The notes under the pieces are model-generated. The model worked only from the letters and a program-made list of their open reading frames with translations. It had not been told where the DNA came from and ran no database searches. A program made the translations under genes and the position numbers. From assembly GCF_044704955.1 (NCBI RefSeq), contig NC_091999.1, positions 17,422,001-17,486,000 of the forward strand: 64,000 nucleotides of DNA, in the 5' to 3' direction. The DNA is from Pristiophorus japonicus. Its lineage: Eukaryota. The stretch's first letter is position 1, and every line of letters starts with the position of its first letter. Below are positions 63,854 to 64,000 of the stretch, in pieces.

Positions 63854-64000
63854 CATCATCATCAAAGGCAGTCCCTTGGAGTCGAGGATGACTTGCTTCC
63901 ACATTACAAATGAGGTCTCAGATGTCTGTTAAGTCCAATGCGGGAGCTACAGTCTCTGTCGCAGGTTGGACAGACGGTGGTTGAAAGTACGTTGGTTGAA
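63854..64000 (-). mobile_element. RTE-clade LINE 3' end, running out of the window
   Basis: CATCATCATCAAAGGCAGTCCCTT..GAGGATGACTTGCTTCCAC, as at 37001. Confidence 0.7.

Overview
Eukaryotic, repeat-dense scaffold window with two N gaps, almost certainly from a cartilaginous fish (shark-type IgM exons, shark-type CR1 LINEs, Deu-SINE and GPR139-like gene). No intact host protein-coding gene is present. Host-derived relics are: (1) a single-exon P2Y/chemoattractant-type class A GPCR pseudogene split at its DRY motif by a CR1 LINE (7175-10654, -); (2) a two-exon GPR139-like pseudogene (17570-27640, +) whose intron holds a full-length Tx1-clade retrotransposon with a 9-bp TSD; (3) a decayed TCR Vdelta/Valpha-like segment with a 23-bp-spacer RSS (~31600-31847, +) facing (4) a 5'-truncated IgM heavy-chain constant locus on the minus strand (Cmu1 remnant, Cmu2, frameshifted Cmu3, Cmu4 with a tailpiece lacking its Cys, TM1, TM2; 35152-42800); and (5) a decaying tandem tDNA array (Leu-TAA, Asp-GTC, Ser-AGA; about three 3.4-4 kb units, 43345-54760). 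The rest is nested mobile DNA (RTE, CR1, a solo LTR, a complete Gypsy element inside a CR1 and itself hit by a young CR1) plus minisatellites. The most notable candidate for unusual biology is the TCR-V/RSS next to a V-less IgM constant region. All alignments and translations were done by eye, so boundaries of degenerate elements are approximate.
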